A stretch of DNA of 64,000 nt from positions 1,043 through 65,042 of the forward strand of contig CANQOI010000002.1 in assembly GCA_947625435.1 (NCBI GenBank). Reading direction: 5' to 3'. A program made the translations under genes and the position numbers. This document shows, in pieces, positions 48,755-59,442 of this stretch (its first letter is position 1; each line of letters starts with the position of its first letter). The notes beneath the pieces were generated by a model. The model made no database searches. It was not told where the DNA came from and saw only the letters and a list, made by a program, of their open reading frames with translations. The stretch is from an uncultured Clostridia bacterium (GTDB lineage Bacteria > Bacillota > Clostridia > UBA1212 > UBA1255).

Positions 48755-49849
48755 TCACACATTGAATCTGAACAGTGTGACGTCTCCGTCCTTCATGACA
48801 TAATCCTTGCCCTCGGAGCGCACGAGTCCCTTTTCACGGGCCGCATTGTATGTGCCGCACTCAACGAGATCCGAAAATGATACGATCTCCGCACGTATGA
48901 AGCCGCGTTCGAAGTCCGAATGTATCGTTCCCGCCGCGGCCGGGGCTTTTGTACCGTTCTTTATGGGCCACGCTCTCACTTCCTTGGGCCCGGCGGTGAG
49001 GAAGCTTATGAGGCCGAGGGTGCTGTATCCCGCTTTAATGAGCTGTTCAAGTCCCGATTCTTCAACCCCGAGCTCCTTCAGGAATTCCGCGCGTTCTTCA
49101 TCCGGAAGAGACGACATCTCCTCTTCCATTTTACTGCATACGGTTATGAGCTTGGCGTTTTCCGCTTCCGCGACCTCGGCGAGCTCGCGCACATAGGCGC
49201 AGGACATGGGATCGGCCGCGTCGTCCTCCGATATATTCGCGGCATATATCACCGGCTTGCCCGTTATCATGAAAAGTGTTGAAACGTATGCCTTTTCTTC
49301 ATCGGTAAGCTCCATTGTCCTGACAGGCCTGAACGATTCGAGATGCTCTTTTATGCGCCCGAGCAGCTGCACCTCCGAGAGTATCTTTTTGTCGCCGCTC
49401 TTTGCCATTTTACCCGTGCGCTCTATACGGCGCTCTATGATCTCGAGATCGGAAAATATGAGCTCGAGATTTATCGTTTCGGCATCGCCTTTGGGAGAAA
49501 CGGAATTTTCAACGCGTATTATATCATCATCGTCAAAGCAGCGCACGACATGTACGACGGCGTCCACCTCGCGTATGTGCGAAAGGAATTTGTTTCCGAG
49601 TCCCTCTCCCTTGCTCGCGCCTTTAACGAGTCCGGCTATGTCGACGAATTCTACCGTGGCCGGCGTATATTTTTCGGGGCTGTACATTTTCGCCAGCACA
49701 TCAAGCCGGCTGTCGGGCACTGCCACGACTCCCACGTTGGGCTCTATGGTACAGAACGGATAGTTGGCGCTCTCCGCGCCCGCTTTTGTGAGTGCGTTAA
49801 AAAGTGTGCTCTTTCCGACGTTAGGCAATCCTATTATTCCAAGTTTCAT
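48755..49849 (-). CDS. ychF: ribosome-binding ATPase YchF
   Basis: MKLGIIGLPNVGKSTLFNALT G1 motif and a C-terminal TGS domain. Confidence 0.9.
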   Translation of the reverse strand: MKLGIIGLPNVGKSTLFNALTKAGAESANYPFCTIEPNVGVVAVPDSRLDVLAKMYSPEKYTPATVEFVDIAGLVKGASKGEGLGNKFLSHIREVDAVVHVVRCFDDDDIIRVENSVSPKGDAETINLELIFSDLEIIERRIERTGKMAKSGDKKILSEVQLLGRIKEHLESFRPVRTMELTDEEKAYVSTLFMITGKPVIYAANISEDDAADPMSCAYVRELAEVAEAENAKLITVCSKMEEEMSSLPDEERAEFLKELGVEESGLEQLIKAGYSTLGLISFLTAGPKEVRAWPIKNGTKAPAAAGTIHSDFERGFIRAEIVSFSDLVECGTYNAAREKGLVRSEGKDYVMKDGDVTLFRFNV

Positions 49850-49982
49850 ATCTCAACCCTGCTTTCTCTGTATATGACGTTACATAAAATTACATTACTT
49901 TTACCACACAATAGACACATTTTAAAAGTAATATTATTTCCGCAACGATTATAGCATTTAATTTTGTATTTTGAAAGAATCA

Positions 49983-49991
49983 TGTTATAAT
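49983..49991 (+). promoter_or_regulatory. extended -10 promoter element TGtTATAAT upstream of the two-component operon
   Basis: catgTGtTATAAT lies ~55 nt upstream of the response-regulator start, in AT-rich leader DNA. Confidence 0.35.
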
Positions 49992-50046
49992 ATGTTCGTA
50001 TTGTTGGGCATTTTACCATGTAAACGATAAATTGAGGAGGATTGAC

Positions 50047-50745
50047 ATGTCACAGTTTGTAAAGACCAAGATTTTGGTGGTTGATGATGATGAACATATT
50101 TGCGAACTCATACGCCTTTATTTTGAAAAAGAGGGTTTTGCCGTAAATATAGCGAACGACGGAAATAAAGCGATTGAATCTTTCAAAAGTGCTACACCGG
50201 ATGTTGTGATACTCGACATAATGCTTCCGGGCATGGATGGGTGGCAGGTATGCAGAGAAATAAGAAAATTGAGTCAGGTACCCATAATAATGCTCTCGGC
50301 CAAGGGTGAAACATTCGACAAGGTTCTCGGGCTCGAGCTCGGAGCGGACGACTACATGGTAAAGCCTTTCGAGACAAAGGAGCTGATAGCGAGAGTCAAG
50401 GCGATACTCCGCAGGACAAAGGTGGCGGAAACGGAGAATCATGAAGAGGTCGTTTTCCCGAATCTCGTTGTGAATAAGACGACATATACTGTCAAGCTCA
50501 ACGGAGAGGAAGTACAGATGCCTCCCAAGGAGCTTGAGCTTTTGTTCTTCCTTTCGTCTAACCCGAATAAGGTATATACGAGAGATCAGCTTCTCGAATA
50601 TATATGGGGCTATGATTTCTTCGGCGATTCAAGAACAGTGGACGTGCATATAAAGCGTCTGCGCGAGAAGATAGAAGACCCCAGACATAACTGGCAGATA
50701 AAGACGGTATGGGGGATCGGATATAAATTTGAAGTAAGACAGTAA
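50047..50745 (+). CDS. OmpR-family response regulator
   Basis: Receiver domain (LVVDDDE...DVVILDIMLP...K) plus winged-helix output. RBS gaggagg 6 nt before the ATG. Confidence 0.85.
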   Translation: MSQFVKTKILVVDDDEHICELIRLYFEKEGFAVNIANDGNKAIESFKSATPDVVILDIMLPGMDGWQVCREIRKLSQVPIIMLSAKGETFDKVLGLELGADDYMVKPFETKELIARVKAILRRTKVAETENHEEVVFPNLVVNKTTYTVKLNGEEVQMPPKELELLFFLSSNPNKVYTRDQLLEYIWGYDFFGDSRTVDVHIKRLREKIEDPRHNWQIKTVWGIGYKFEVRQ

Positions 50746-50779
50746 TATTTAATTCTGACTGACAAGGGGATAGGATATT

Positions 50780-52417
50780 ATGTTATTTTCCGGCAAAGGG
50801 AAGCGCTTTATCGCATCCGTAAAGAAGCCTTCCATAATGAAGAAGTTCTGTGTGTGTATAATAACGGCGATAACGGCTTCTTCTCTCATAGCCGGGATCA
50901 TCATGTATCACTATACGACGAATTATATGACTGAGTCCAAGACGCAGGACGTTGCGGATGCCGTATATGACGTGGAGAATCTGTATTCGCAGATGTATAC
51001 GGCATACATCAACAACAGGAACGACAAGGGCGAATGGGTGTCGTCTGAGGGAGAGCAGGAGTACAAAAAGTATTATATAGGTCTGCTCGAGCGGCTTGAG
51101 CTTTATAACAGATTTCTCAATGTATACGGTTTCATAACCGACAGCGACGGTTCGATATTCCTGTCATATCCCCTCCTTCCGAATATGACGGGAATAAGTG
51201 AAACGTCGGGAAGAACGGATTTCATGAAATCCGATATAACCGATAAGCTGCTCCTGAAGAACGGAAAATACTATTTCAAAAAAGACGAGCAGTATTATAC
51301 CGGCTCCGCCTCCGGATATACGGTGAACAACAGCGATTTCTACGGGCTGTATAAAGACGAAGCCGACAATTACCTCTCTGTCACAAAGACCATAGCTTAT
51401 ATCTACCCCGGTTCGGACAATCCGGGAAACAGAGGCACGATAACGCTTTCGATGCCCATACCGGAGATAACGAAAACGAGGAGCAATATAATAGGGTGCT
51501 TCCTCATCGCCACCGCCATATCCGTCGTCATAGAGCTCATAGCGCTGTTTCTCATCACAAAAGAAATAACAGATCCCATACGCGAGCTTGAAAATATGAC
51601 AAAAGAAATGTCGGAGGGTAATTTTAATATTAAGATAGAGCACAGATCAAACGACGAAGTGGGAGCTCTCATAAAAAGCTATAACAACATGGCGGATGCC
51701 CTCAAGAGGCTCGATGTCATGCGGAATGATTTCATTGCCGGCATTTCACATGAGCTGAGAACGCCCATGACATCCATAGGAGGTTTTATAGACGGTATAC
51801 TCGACGGCATAATACCTCCCGAGAAGCAGGAATATTATCTCAAAATAGTCAAAGACGAGATAACCAGGATGAACAGTCTCGTAAACGACCTGCTCAACAT
51901 GGCGCGTCTTGAATCCGGCAAGGTGGAGCTTGACATGCTGCCCTGCAGACTCAATGAGCTCTTAAGCAATACGGCGCTCAAGCTGGAGCCTATCATAGAC
52001 GCCAAGAATATTTCCGTTGAATTTGACTTCGCGGCTAAAAACTGCGATGTCCTCATTGATAAACCGTCCATAGAACGGGTAATAATAAATCTGATACAAA
52101 ATGCGGTGAAATTCACGGATGCCGGCGGAAGGATAACGATCCGTACGGCACTTTGCGGCAGGGACAAGGATAAAGACAAGATCGAAATAACGGTAGAAGA
52201 TACGGGTATCGGGATAGCGGAGGATGAGATCCCGTTCATATTCGAGAAATTTTACAAATCGGACAAATCGCGCGGGCTTGACAAAAAGGGTACCGGTCTG
52301 GGACTTGCGATAGCCAAGGAGATACTCATGGCTCACGGTCAGGATATACGAGTCGAGAGCACTCTCGGCGTCGGTTCGCGCTTTATATTTACATTACCTA
52401 TATACAGAAAGGATTGA
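50780..52417 (+). CDS. sensor histidine kinase (2 TM, HAMP, HisKA, HATPase_c)
   Basis: H-box SHELRTPMTSI plus N, G1 and G2 boxes (DTGIGI, GTGLGLAIAK). Confidence 0.8.
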   Translation: MLFSGKGKRFIASVKKPSIMKKFCVCIITAITASSLIAGIIMYHYTTNYMTESKTQDVADAVYDVENLYSQMYTAYINNRNDKGEWVSSEGEQEYKKYYIGLLERLELYNRFLNVYGFITDSDGSIFLSYPLLPNMTGISETSGRTDFMKSDITDKLLLKNGKYYFKKDEQYYTGSASGYTVNNSDFYGLYKDEADNYLSVTKTIAYIYPGSDNPGNRGTITLSMPIPEITKTRSNIIGCFLIATAISVVIELIALFLITKEITDPIRELENMTKEMSEGNFNIKIEHRSNDEVGALIKSYNNMADALKRLDVMRNDFIAGISHELRTPMTSIGGFIDGILDGIIPPEKQEYYLKIVKDEITRMNSLVNDLLNMARLESGKVELDMLPCRLNELLSNTALKLEPIIDAKNISVEFDFAAKNCDVLIDKPSIERVIINLIQNAVKFTDAGGRITIRTALCGRDKDKDKIEITVEDTGIGIAEDEIPFIFEKFYKSDKSRGLDKKGTGLGLAIAKEILMAHGQDIRVESTLGVGSRFIFTLPIYRKD

Positions 52418-52421
52418 TTGT

Positions 52422-53957
52422 ATGTACTACGATGACGAAAGAGAAAACACTCAGGATGTTAACGAAAGCGGCGATCTTTATAATGCGGATGCAGATCCCG
52501 CGGACACCAATACGGATCCTTCGAACACCAATACTGATCCTGCGGATACGTATTACGGCGCTCAGACTCCGCCTCCCGATCCTTACGCGGGAATGAGCGA
52601 AAAGGATTACAAGGAAAACATAAAGCGCATGAAGAAGGAGTACAAGCAGTTCCAGAAAGACAAGAAGAATGCCGCGAAGGCAGACGCCATGTACGAAGCG
52701 TCTGCTCAGCAGCCGCGTAAAAAAGGCATAGGAGCGGGAACTGCCGTACTTCTGTCGGCGCTCACATCGTTCGTTATTTTTGTTGTCATATTCGGCCTCA
52801 TAGCCTTCTTCCCTACTAAAAACAACAGCTTTCTGTCAAGCCTTTACAACGGATCGGGCTTTCAGAATAACGGGAGCAATGCCGGTGAAACGTCCGATCC
52901 CTCCGGAAATGATACTCAGCTGGGAGACCATACGATCTCAAAGGGCGATAACGTGACAATAAATATAGAGGGCGGAGCCAGCGGCTACGCGCAGGCAGTA
53001 TACGCAAAAGCCGCCAACTCGGTCGTGGGAATAGCGGTATCGCAGATAAGCGGGAGCAAATGGAACAGCTATGAATCGGTAGTGGCGATGGGTTCCGGCA
53101 TCATATATTCGGCTGACGGCGTGATAGTCACCAATTGCCATGTCGTTGAATATGCCATAGGTACGACGGAGAGCAAAATAAAATCCGATTTTACCATAAG
53201 AGTATATTTTAAGACCGATCTTTCGGAATGGGCGTACGCGACTAAAATAATTGGCTACGACGAGACCAACGACGTGGCCGTACTGAAGGTTGACGTATCA
53301 AACCTTCAGCCTATCGAATTCGCCGATTCGGACAATCTCACAACGGGTGAAACGGCTATAACGATAGGAAGCCCCGGAGGACTCACTTATATGAATTCCA
53401 TAAGCGAAGGGATCCTGAGCGGACTCAACAGGACCGTGACTACCGACAACGCCGTGGTCTACGATCTCATACAGACAACGGCCGCCATAAACCCGGGCAA
53501 CAGCGGAGGCGCACTGCTCAACAAGGAAGGCAATCTCATAGGGCTCTGCGTTATAAAGATCGTTTCAACCGAATATGAGGGAATGGGCTTTGCCATAAAC
53601 TCGAACACCGTTAAAACGATAGTCGAATCCATACTCGAATACGGATACTACAATAAACCGCTTCTCGGCGTGACCGTGGATACGACATATACTCCCGAGG
53701 TAGCCGCAGATCAGGGCTGGAAAGCGGGCGCATATGTACAGGAAGTCTCTTCCGGTTCCGCGGCGGCAAATGCAGGCATAAAGGCCGAAGATGTCATAAC
53801 AGGTATGAACGGCACTGAGATAACGACGTTTGCGGAGCTGCGCAGATTCCTTCTGAACTGCCGCCCCGGAGATGTCATTACGACCGAAGTATACAGACCG
53901 TCGTCAAACGAGACTCTTACCGTAGAGGTAACGCCGGATGCAACAGACCCAAGCTGA
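52422..53957 (+). CDS. htrA: HtrA/DegP-family trypsin-like serine protease with a C-terminal PDZ domain and N-terminal TM anchor
   Basis: GNSGGALLNKEGNLIGL catalytic-Ser motif; His/Asp upstream; PDZ GAYVQEV...GDVIT. N-terminal DP-x-DTNT repeats. Confidence 0.8.
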   Translation: MYYDDERENTQDVNESGDLYNADADPADTNTDPSNTNTDPADTYYGAQTPPPDPYAGMSEKDYKENIKRMKKEYKQFQKDKKNAAKADAMYEASAQQPRKKGIGAGTAVLLSALTSFVIFVVIFGLIAFFPTKNNSFLSSLYNGSGFQNNGSNAGETSDPSGNDTQLGDHTISKGDNVTINIEGGASGYAQAVYAKAANSVVGIAVSQISGSKWNSYESVVAMGSGIIYSADGVIVTNCHVVEYAIGTTESKIKSDFTIRVYFKTDLSEWAYATKIIGYDETNDVAVLKVDVSNLQPIEFADSDNLTTGETAITIGSPGGLTYMNSISEGILSGLNRTVTTDNAVVYDLIQTTAAINPGNSGGALLNKEGNLIGLCVIKIVSTEYEGMGFAINSNTVKTIVESILEYGYYNKPLLGVTVDTTYTPEVAADQGWKAGAYVQEVSSGSAAANAGIKAEDVITGMNGTEITTFAELRRFLLNCRPGDVITTEVYRPSSNETLTVEVTPDATDPS

Positions 53958-54621
53958 ATTTCTTGACAGGGCGGCACAAAAAGTGCCGCCCATTGCAAAA
54001 GAGCTCGAGCGTCTGTACCCCGACGCCGAATGTTCGCTTACATATAAAACGCCTTTCCAGCTGCTCATAAGCACCCAGCTTGCGGCGCAGTGTACCGACG
54101 CCCGTGTAAATACAGTCACGCCGGCGCTCTTTGAGCGTTTCCCGGACGCCGCTGCCTTTGCGGCCGCGGATGTGTCCGAGATAGAAGAAATGATACGTTC
54201 GACCGGTTTTTTCAGGAACAAAGCGAAAAATATAAAGAGCTGCTCAAGGGATATATGCGAAAGATTCGGAGGAGAGCTGCCGGATACTATGGAAGAGCTC
54301 ACATCGCTTGCGGGCGTGGGCCGTAAAACGGCAAATCTCGTGCTCGGGGATGCGTTTCACAAGCCTTCGTATGTGATAGACACACACGCTATACGGCTTC
54401 TGGGGCGCATGGGGCTCACGCAGAATACGGATCCCGCAGCAATCGAGCAGGATCTTCGCCGCATTCTCCCCCCTGATGAGGATAACCCCACAGAGAGCGG
54501 CAATTTCTGCCACCGTTTAGTCCTTCACGGAAGGGCCGTTTGTACGGCGAGAAAGCCGCGCTGCGGGGATTGCAGCCTCGCGAGACTCGGCTTATGCGAT
54601 CACGCTCTCAATGAGCTCTGA
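53938..54621 (+). CDS. nth: endonuclease III (Nth)
   Basis: HhH-GPD LAGVGRKTANLVL plus the 4Fe-4S cluster C-x6-C-x2-C-x5-C (CTARKPRCGDCSLARLC). Confidence 0.85.
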   Translation: MQQTQAEFLDRAAQKVPPIAKELERLYPDAECSLTYKTPFQLLISTQLAAQCTDARVNTVTPALFERFPDAAAFAAADVSEIEEMIRSTGFFRNKAKNIKSCSRDICERFGGELPDTMEELTSLAGVGRKTANLVLGDAFHKPSYVIDTHAIRLLGRMGLTQNTDPAAIEQDLRRILPPDEDNPTESGNFCHRLVLHGRAVCTARKPRCGDCSLARLGLCDHALNEL

Positions 54622-55146
54622 AAACATTTTATCGAAGGCATATGTTTTCTCCCTGTACGGCACGCACAGGGAGACTATCGTTATTTCACCGTTTTTCTCG
54701 TAAAATCCCTGGGCCGCCGCCGTGTCGTTTACTATATATTCCCACTTCTTCCAGACTTGTCCGTTAATTTTTATATCTTCCTCTCTGAATCCGTACACAT
54801 TGGCGCTCATATATTCCCTGCTTATCTTAAGATAATGCTCAAGGCTCTGATCCGTTTTCCATACCTGCACATAGCCGTACACACCGGCGTTTTCACCCTT
54901 GCCGCGGACATCGTAATGTTTCACTATCTCACTGCCGTTTTCGTATCTCAGATTCATTTCAAAATTGCGCACCGCGGCGGGCACGGTCATGCCGTAGGAT
55001 CCGCTATCGCCGGAAGCCGCCGTTTCAACGTACATGCTCTTCGCATCCGGCCGCATGACGTCGGCGCAAAGCCATATGAGTACGGCCGATACCGCGAGTA
55101 TCGCAATGCGTGAAATAAAATATCCGGTAAAAATATGTTTCATCAT
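54592..55146 (-). CDS. hypothetical membrane-anchored/secreted protein (184 aa)
   Basis: N-terminal hydrophobic segment. No recognisable motif. Confidence 0.4.
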   Translation of the reverse strand: MMKHIFTGYFISRIAILAVSAVLIWLCADVMRPDAKSMYVETAASGDSGSYGMTVPAAVRNFEMNLRYENGSEIVKHYDVRGKGENAGVYGYVQVWKTDQSLEHYLKISREYMSANVYGFREEDIKINGQVWKKWEYIVNDTAAAQGFYEKNGEITIVSLCVPYREKTYAFDKMFSELIESVIA

Positions 55147-55236
55147 AAAACCCCTCCCGGGTAAAATTATTTACGCGCAGCAAGGGGTTTATACAGATAA
55201 GTTATTTATTAATTGAGTTTTTTGATCGCTCGGCGG

Positions 55237-56151
55237 TCAGTCGCCGTTTTCAAGGCCGTTCAGCAGGCCCGCCAATTCCGAATCGGGGCCGAGTATGACT
55301 GTCTTCTCTCCGTCGGAAAGTGATGCCTTCAGTGTTTCCAGAGAGCGCATGAATATGTAAAAATCCTGCTTATCTTTCGTGTTGAACGCGTCCGCGAGCA
55401 TCTGTATATATTCCTTTTCGCCGTCCGCCACTATCTGCTCCGCCTCGGCCTCGGCATCCGAAACTATGATGTTCACATTTTTATCAACGTCGTTCATTAT
55501 CTTCGTAGCCTCGGAGCTGCCCTCCGCGTGGTATTTTTCGGCGATCTGATTCCTGTCGGATATCATTCTCTGATATACGGCTTCTTCATTTTCAGACGGC
55601 AGATCGAACCGTTTTATCTTGACATCGGTCACCTCTATACCGTAATCCAACGTAGCGGATTTCACGCGTTCACACACCATGACATTCAGATCGCTTCTCC
55701 CGTCGTCCACGGAAGGAGTTATGATAGAATCCTGTGAGACCGTTCCTATTATGTTCTTGAGCGCGTTATACGTGGCCGCATCCAGTCTGTTCTGCGCTTC
55801 CGGTATGGTGCCTATCGTCTTGTAAAATGTCATGGGATCCGATATCCTCCATAAAATATAGCTGTCCACGCTCATTGCCTTTGAATCGCTCGTGAGCACA
55901 TCCGAAGGCGCAAGGTCGTAAAGCTGTATGTTCTTTGGTAAATACCTGACCGAATCCACAAAAGGCACCTTAAAATGAAGTCCCGCGGACGACTTGACAT
56001 CCTCTACCTTTGAGAACCGCACCACATAAGCATATTGGTCCTCTCCCACCGTATAGCACGCCGATGATGCGAGTATTATGAGTAATATGACAGCCGCAGC
56101 CGCTATTATGATCACCTTTTTGCTTTTCTTATTCTTGCTCATATGACACAC
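55237..56151 (-). CDS. hflC: SPFH/band-7 protein HflC
   Basis: N-terminal TM plus SPFH domain. Paired with hflK. Confidence 0.7.
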   Translation of the reverse strand: MCHMSKNKKSKKVIIIAAAAVILLIILASSACYTVGEDQYAYVVRFSKVEDVKSSAGLHFKVPFVDSVRYLPKNIQLYDLAPSDVLTSDSKAMSVDSYILWRISDPMTFYKTIGTIPEAQNRLDAATYNALKNIIGTVSQDSIITPSVDDGRSDLNVMVCERVKSATLDYGIEVTDVKIKRFDLPSENEEAVYQRMISDRNQIAEKYHAEGSSEATKIMNDVDKNVNIIVSDAEAEAEQIVADGEKEYIQMLADAFNTKDKQDFYIFMRSLETLKASLSDGEKTVILGPDSELAGLLNGLENGD

Positions 56152-56157
56152 CCCCTC

Positions 56158-57177
56158 TTAATTGCCGCTCTCCGGCACTGTCACCGTCTGAGTGTTTACT
56201 ATATCCTCAAGAGGCAGGAGCTTTGTTATACCGTTCTCGTCCGTATTTATATAAAGCTTTACGCCGGGAAGTATCTCCTCTATCGCCTCGTAATACATTC
56301 TCTGTTTTGTTATGGAAGGATTCAGCTCATACATACTGTATATGGCATTGAACATGGCAAGCTGCTGCTTAGCCTCATTTATCCTGCTCTGCTTGAGATA
56401 CTCGGCATTCTGTATGAGCTTATCGGCATTTGCCTCCGCCTCGGGTATCTTTGCATTCTCATAAGCCTTTGCTTCGTTCAGCGCCGTCTCTTTGCCCTGC
56501 TTTGCGGTCTCGACAGATTTAAAGGCCGCTATTACATCCTGCGTGGGCGCCTCCGCGTCCTGTATCTTTACGTCAATGAGAGTGAGTCCCACATCGTAAT
56601 TATCAAGCTCCTCTGCTATCATCTCTTTGGCAACGGCCTGTATCTCGGATTTCTTGACTGTGAGCACATCGTCTACGTCGTAAGAGCTCACTACCGTTCT
56701 CACCTGGCTCTGCACGAGATTTTTAATGATCTCCTCCGGGCTTTCGGAAGCGTACAGATACTTTTCCGGGTTCACGACCCTGTATTCAATATAGAAATCT
56801 ATATTTACTATGTTGAAATCTCCGGTTATCATTTTACTCTCATTGATGACGCTCACGTTCTCGCCCTGTTCATTGGGCATATATCCTATGTATATCTTCT
56901 GATAAACATTTACGTCAACCTTATTAGCCTTCTGTATGCCGAAGGGCGCTTTAAGGTGCATACCCGGTTCATCCACAACGCTCGTCACTTTGCCGAATGT
57001 GGTTATGACCGCATGCTGCTTATCGTTTACTGTATACCAGCACGTCGATGAGAGTATCGACAAAAATATCACTGTTATGACAGCAATGACGGAATACTTT
57101 ATTATCTTCTTCTGTTTCGGCGTAATGTTCTTAAACGGGACATCTATAATAACGCCGCCATCTTTGTTGTATCTCAT
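56158..57177 (-). CDS. hflK: SPFH/band-7 protein HflK
   Basis: N-terminal TM, SPFH domain, C-terminal coiled coil with AEA-rich region. Confidence 0.7.
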   Translation of the reverse strand: MRYNKDGGVIIDVPFKNITPKQKKIIKYSVIAVITVIFLSILSSTCWYTVNDKQHAVITTFGKVTSVVDEPGMHLKAPFGIQKANKVDVNVYQKIYIGYMPNEQGENVSVINESKMITGDFNIVNIDFYIEYRVVNPEKYLYASESPEEIIKNLVQSQVRTVVSSYDVDDVLTVKKSEIQAVAKEMIAEELDNYDVGLTLIDVKIQDAEAPTQDVIAAFKSVETAKQGKETALNEAKAYENAKIPEAEANADKLIQNAEYLKQSRINEAKQQLAMFNAIYSMYELNPSITKQRMYYEAIEEILPGVKLYINTDENGITKLLPLEDIVNTQTVTVPESGN

Positions 57178-57259
57178 AAAAATACCTCACTTTCGCGGTA
57201 CATTCTACCACAGTGAGGTATTTTTGTAAAAAGAAGTATTTGGTTACGGGGCAGCCCGA

Positions 57260-59368
57260 TCAGATCGTTTTAAATTCGTACACATAATTCAGTCTGCCTA
57301 TAGGCGCCGCATCTCCGTCTGTGTAAAATGAGAACTCATCTCCGAACACACAGGCATCCGCCCATTTGAACTCCAATGTGGCGGCTGTACCTTGAGAAAG
57401 TCCCAAAGCGCTGCACGGTATCGCTACCATCATCATTTTCTTGGATATCTTATAATCCACGCGCGCGACTTCACTCAAAGATCCGTCTTTTTCAAAGCGC
57501 TCGAGCACGGCCTTGTCCCCGGGGAGTGTGTGGTTGAGCACGAAATCATATCCCGAAGCCGGTGTTTCCGACAGCCCGTTCTTGATATAAAGGTTCATCC
57601 AGCATTCTCCGGAGGGCTCCGATATTGCCTTGTTAGTCTTAACAAAGAAATATACATAATCCTTGTCATTGCATACCTTGGCTTCAACTATATCATTGAC
57701 TCCGCTCATGTTCTCGTACACTATGCCGCCGAAGCTTGACTGCTGCCTGACGGCTGTATCGCCCTTATAATCCCTGTATACGGCTCTTATATAATCCCAC
57801 TGTCCGAACTCACCGGATATATCTATAGTGGAATCGTTGTCGTAAGCGGCAGTGCTCTCTATGCCTTTATACTGCCTGATATAATCTATCATCTGCATAT
57901 AATAGTTGTCTCCGTAGCCTCCGCGCATAGGCTCCGCGTCACGGCTTGCCTCGATATTTGCGTTGTCTACGAATACTATTGTCTCTCTGCCTGAGGATGG
58001 CTGCCTCTGAGCGACCCATTCGTTCCAACCGGTGATAAATATCATATCCGGATCCTTTTTGAGAGCATATTCCCACTGAGACGCAAAGTTATATCCGTAA
58101 AGCACCGCATCAGTCTCCTTGCGTACTCCGCCGTAATCCGGGCTGTAGCTCCTTGTTCTGTCGTCTCCTCCGTACCATGCGGCGCTGCTCATCCTGACTG
58201 TGGAATTATGCTGCGCAATGGACACGTTCATGATCTTCTTTCCGTTATACTTGTATACAGAACTGTTTGAGAGAAGACGTCCGAATTCCATCCACGGGAA
58301 GCCGTCATTGTTCTTCGGAGCGTTGGGCCACTGGCTCTCTTTTATCCTGAAAAATGACTTGACCTCACTGCTGGCTTCACCCGATATGCCCACTATCATG
58401 GGCTTTCCTTCCCAGTTGAACCATATGTCCGAATATTCCGGATGCGCTTTGTAAACCTCATTATATATTACATTCATCGCTCCTCCGGAATTGGAATTCG
58501 TATAGAACGCCACCTTCGGCACATCCCAACCCTGATCGTAATAATTCTTCAGTATCTTCATGATGGCAAGAGCATTCGCCACATAAGTGTTGTTTCCTCC
58601 GCCGTTGTTCACTATCGAACCGCTCGAGGGCGTACCTGTTGAGTTCGTCGTATCGAATACTATAAAATCAACGCCCGCATCCGTGAGCATCTGTATGTGC
58701 TTTCTCATGACCCATTTGTCGCTTGAGACATAATATCCGAAGAGAGGCTCTCCCCAGAAATGAGCCGCGCCTACGGGGCCCCATCTGTTCGCATTTCTCA
58801 GAGCATCGCTGTACTGCTCGACTATCTTCGTATTGTCGTACAGGTCGAGTCCGTGAGCTCCGAGCCACAGGAAGTAAAATATACCCACATATTTCTCACT
58901 CTTTGCATCATTCAGGTTCACTCCCCCGCTGCTGAGGGTGGTTCTTCCCAGAGCATCCTTTGCCCCGTAAGAGGACAGATACGCATCCGCCTTATTGCTG
59001 TAATTGCCGATATTTATCACCGGAGCGGATGTCCTTACCGGTATATCCACGTCCCACCCCGCTATCATCTGTAAAACGAGCGTTGTATCAGTCATGTTTA
59101 TTTTATTATCGGCATTCATGTCTCCCGCCGCTTTTTCGGCGAAGGTTATATCCCAATCTGCCATATACTGCAGAAGCATTCCGCAGTCCGCAGTATTGAC
59201 GGTGCCGTCTCCGTTCACATCTCCCGATATGTAGTTCTGTACGTATACGTCACCGGTGCCGCCCTCCGCCGCCATGCCGGCAGTGGGTCTTGTGTATAAT
59301 GAAAATATGCATGTGAGCGAAATACACATAAACAACACGGCACACATAAACTTTTTCATACAAATCAC
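57260..59368 (-). CDS. secreted dockerin-containing protein with a TIM-barrel glycoside-hydrolase-like domain
   Basis: Signal peptide. Two dockerin type-I repeats DVNGDGTVNTADCGMLLQYM / DMNADNKINMTDTTLVLQ. Then FYFLWLGAHG...DAGVDFIVFDTTN, typical of GH-like TIM barrels. Confidence 0.55.
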   Translation of the reverse strand: MICMKKFMCAVLFMCISLTCIFSLYTRPTAGMAAEGGTGDVYVQNYISGDVNGDGTVNTADCGMLLQYMADWDITFAEKAAGDMNADNKINMTDTTLVLQMIAGWDVDIPVRTSAPVINIGNYSNKADAYLSSYGAKDALGRTTLSSGGVNLNDAKSEKYVGIFYFLWLGAHGLDLYDNTKIVEQYSDALRNANRWGPVGAAHFWGEPLFGYYVSSDKWVMRKHIQMLTDAGVDFIVFDTTNSTGTPSSGSIVNNGGGNNTYVANALAIMKILKNYYDQGWDVPKVAFYTNSNSGGAMNVIYNEVYKAHPEYSDIWFNWEGKPMIVGISGEASSEVKSFFRIKESQWPNAPKNNDGFPWMEFGRLLSNSSVYKYNGKKIMNVSIAQHNSTVRMSSAAWYGGDDRTRSYSPDYGGVRKETDAVLYGYNFASQWEYALKKDPDMIFITGWNEWVAQRQPSSGRETIVFVDNANIEASRDAEPMRGGYGDNYYMQMIDYIRQYKGIESTAAYDNDSTIDISGEFGQWDYIRAVYRDYKGDTAVRQQSSFGGIVYENMSGVNDIVEAKVCNDKDYVYFFVKTNKAISEPSGECWMNLYIKNGLSETPASGYDFVLNHTLPGDKAVLERFEKDGSLSEVARVDYKISKKMMMVAIPCSALGLSQGTAATLEFKWADACVFGDEFSFYTDGDAAPIGRLNYVYEFKTI

Positions 59369-59442
59369 CTCTCTGTTTCAATTCTATCATAAAAGCACTC
59401 TGCGTTCAATACAAGCTTCCCGTAAAACATTCCCGCTCCGGT

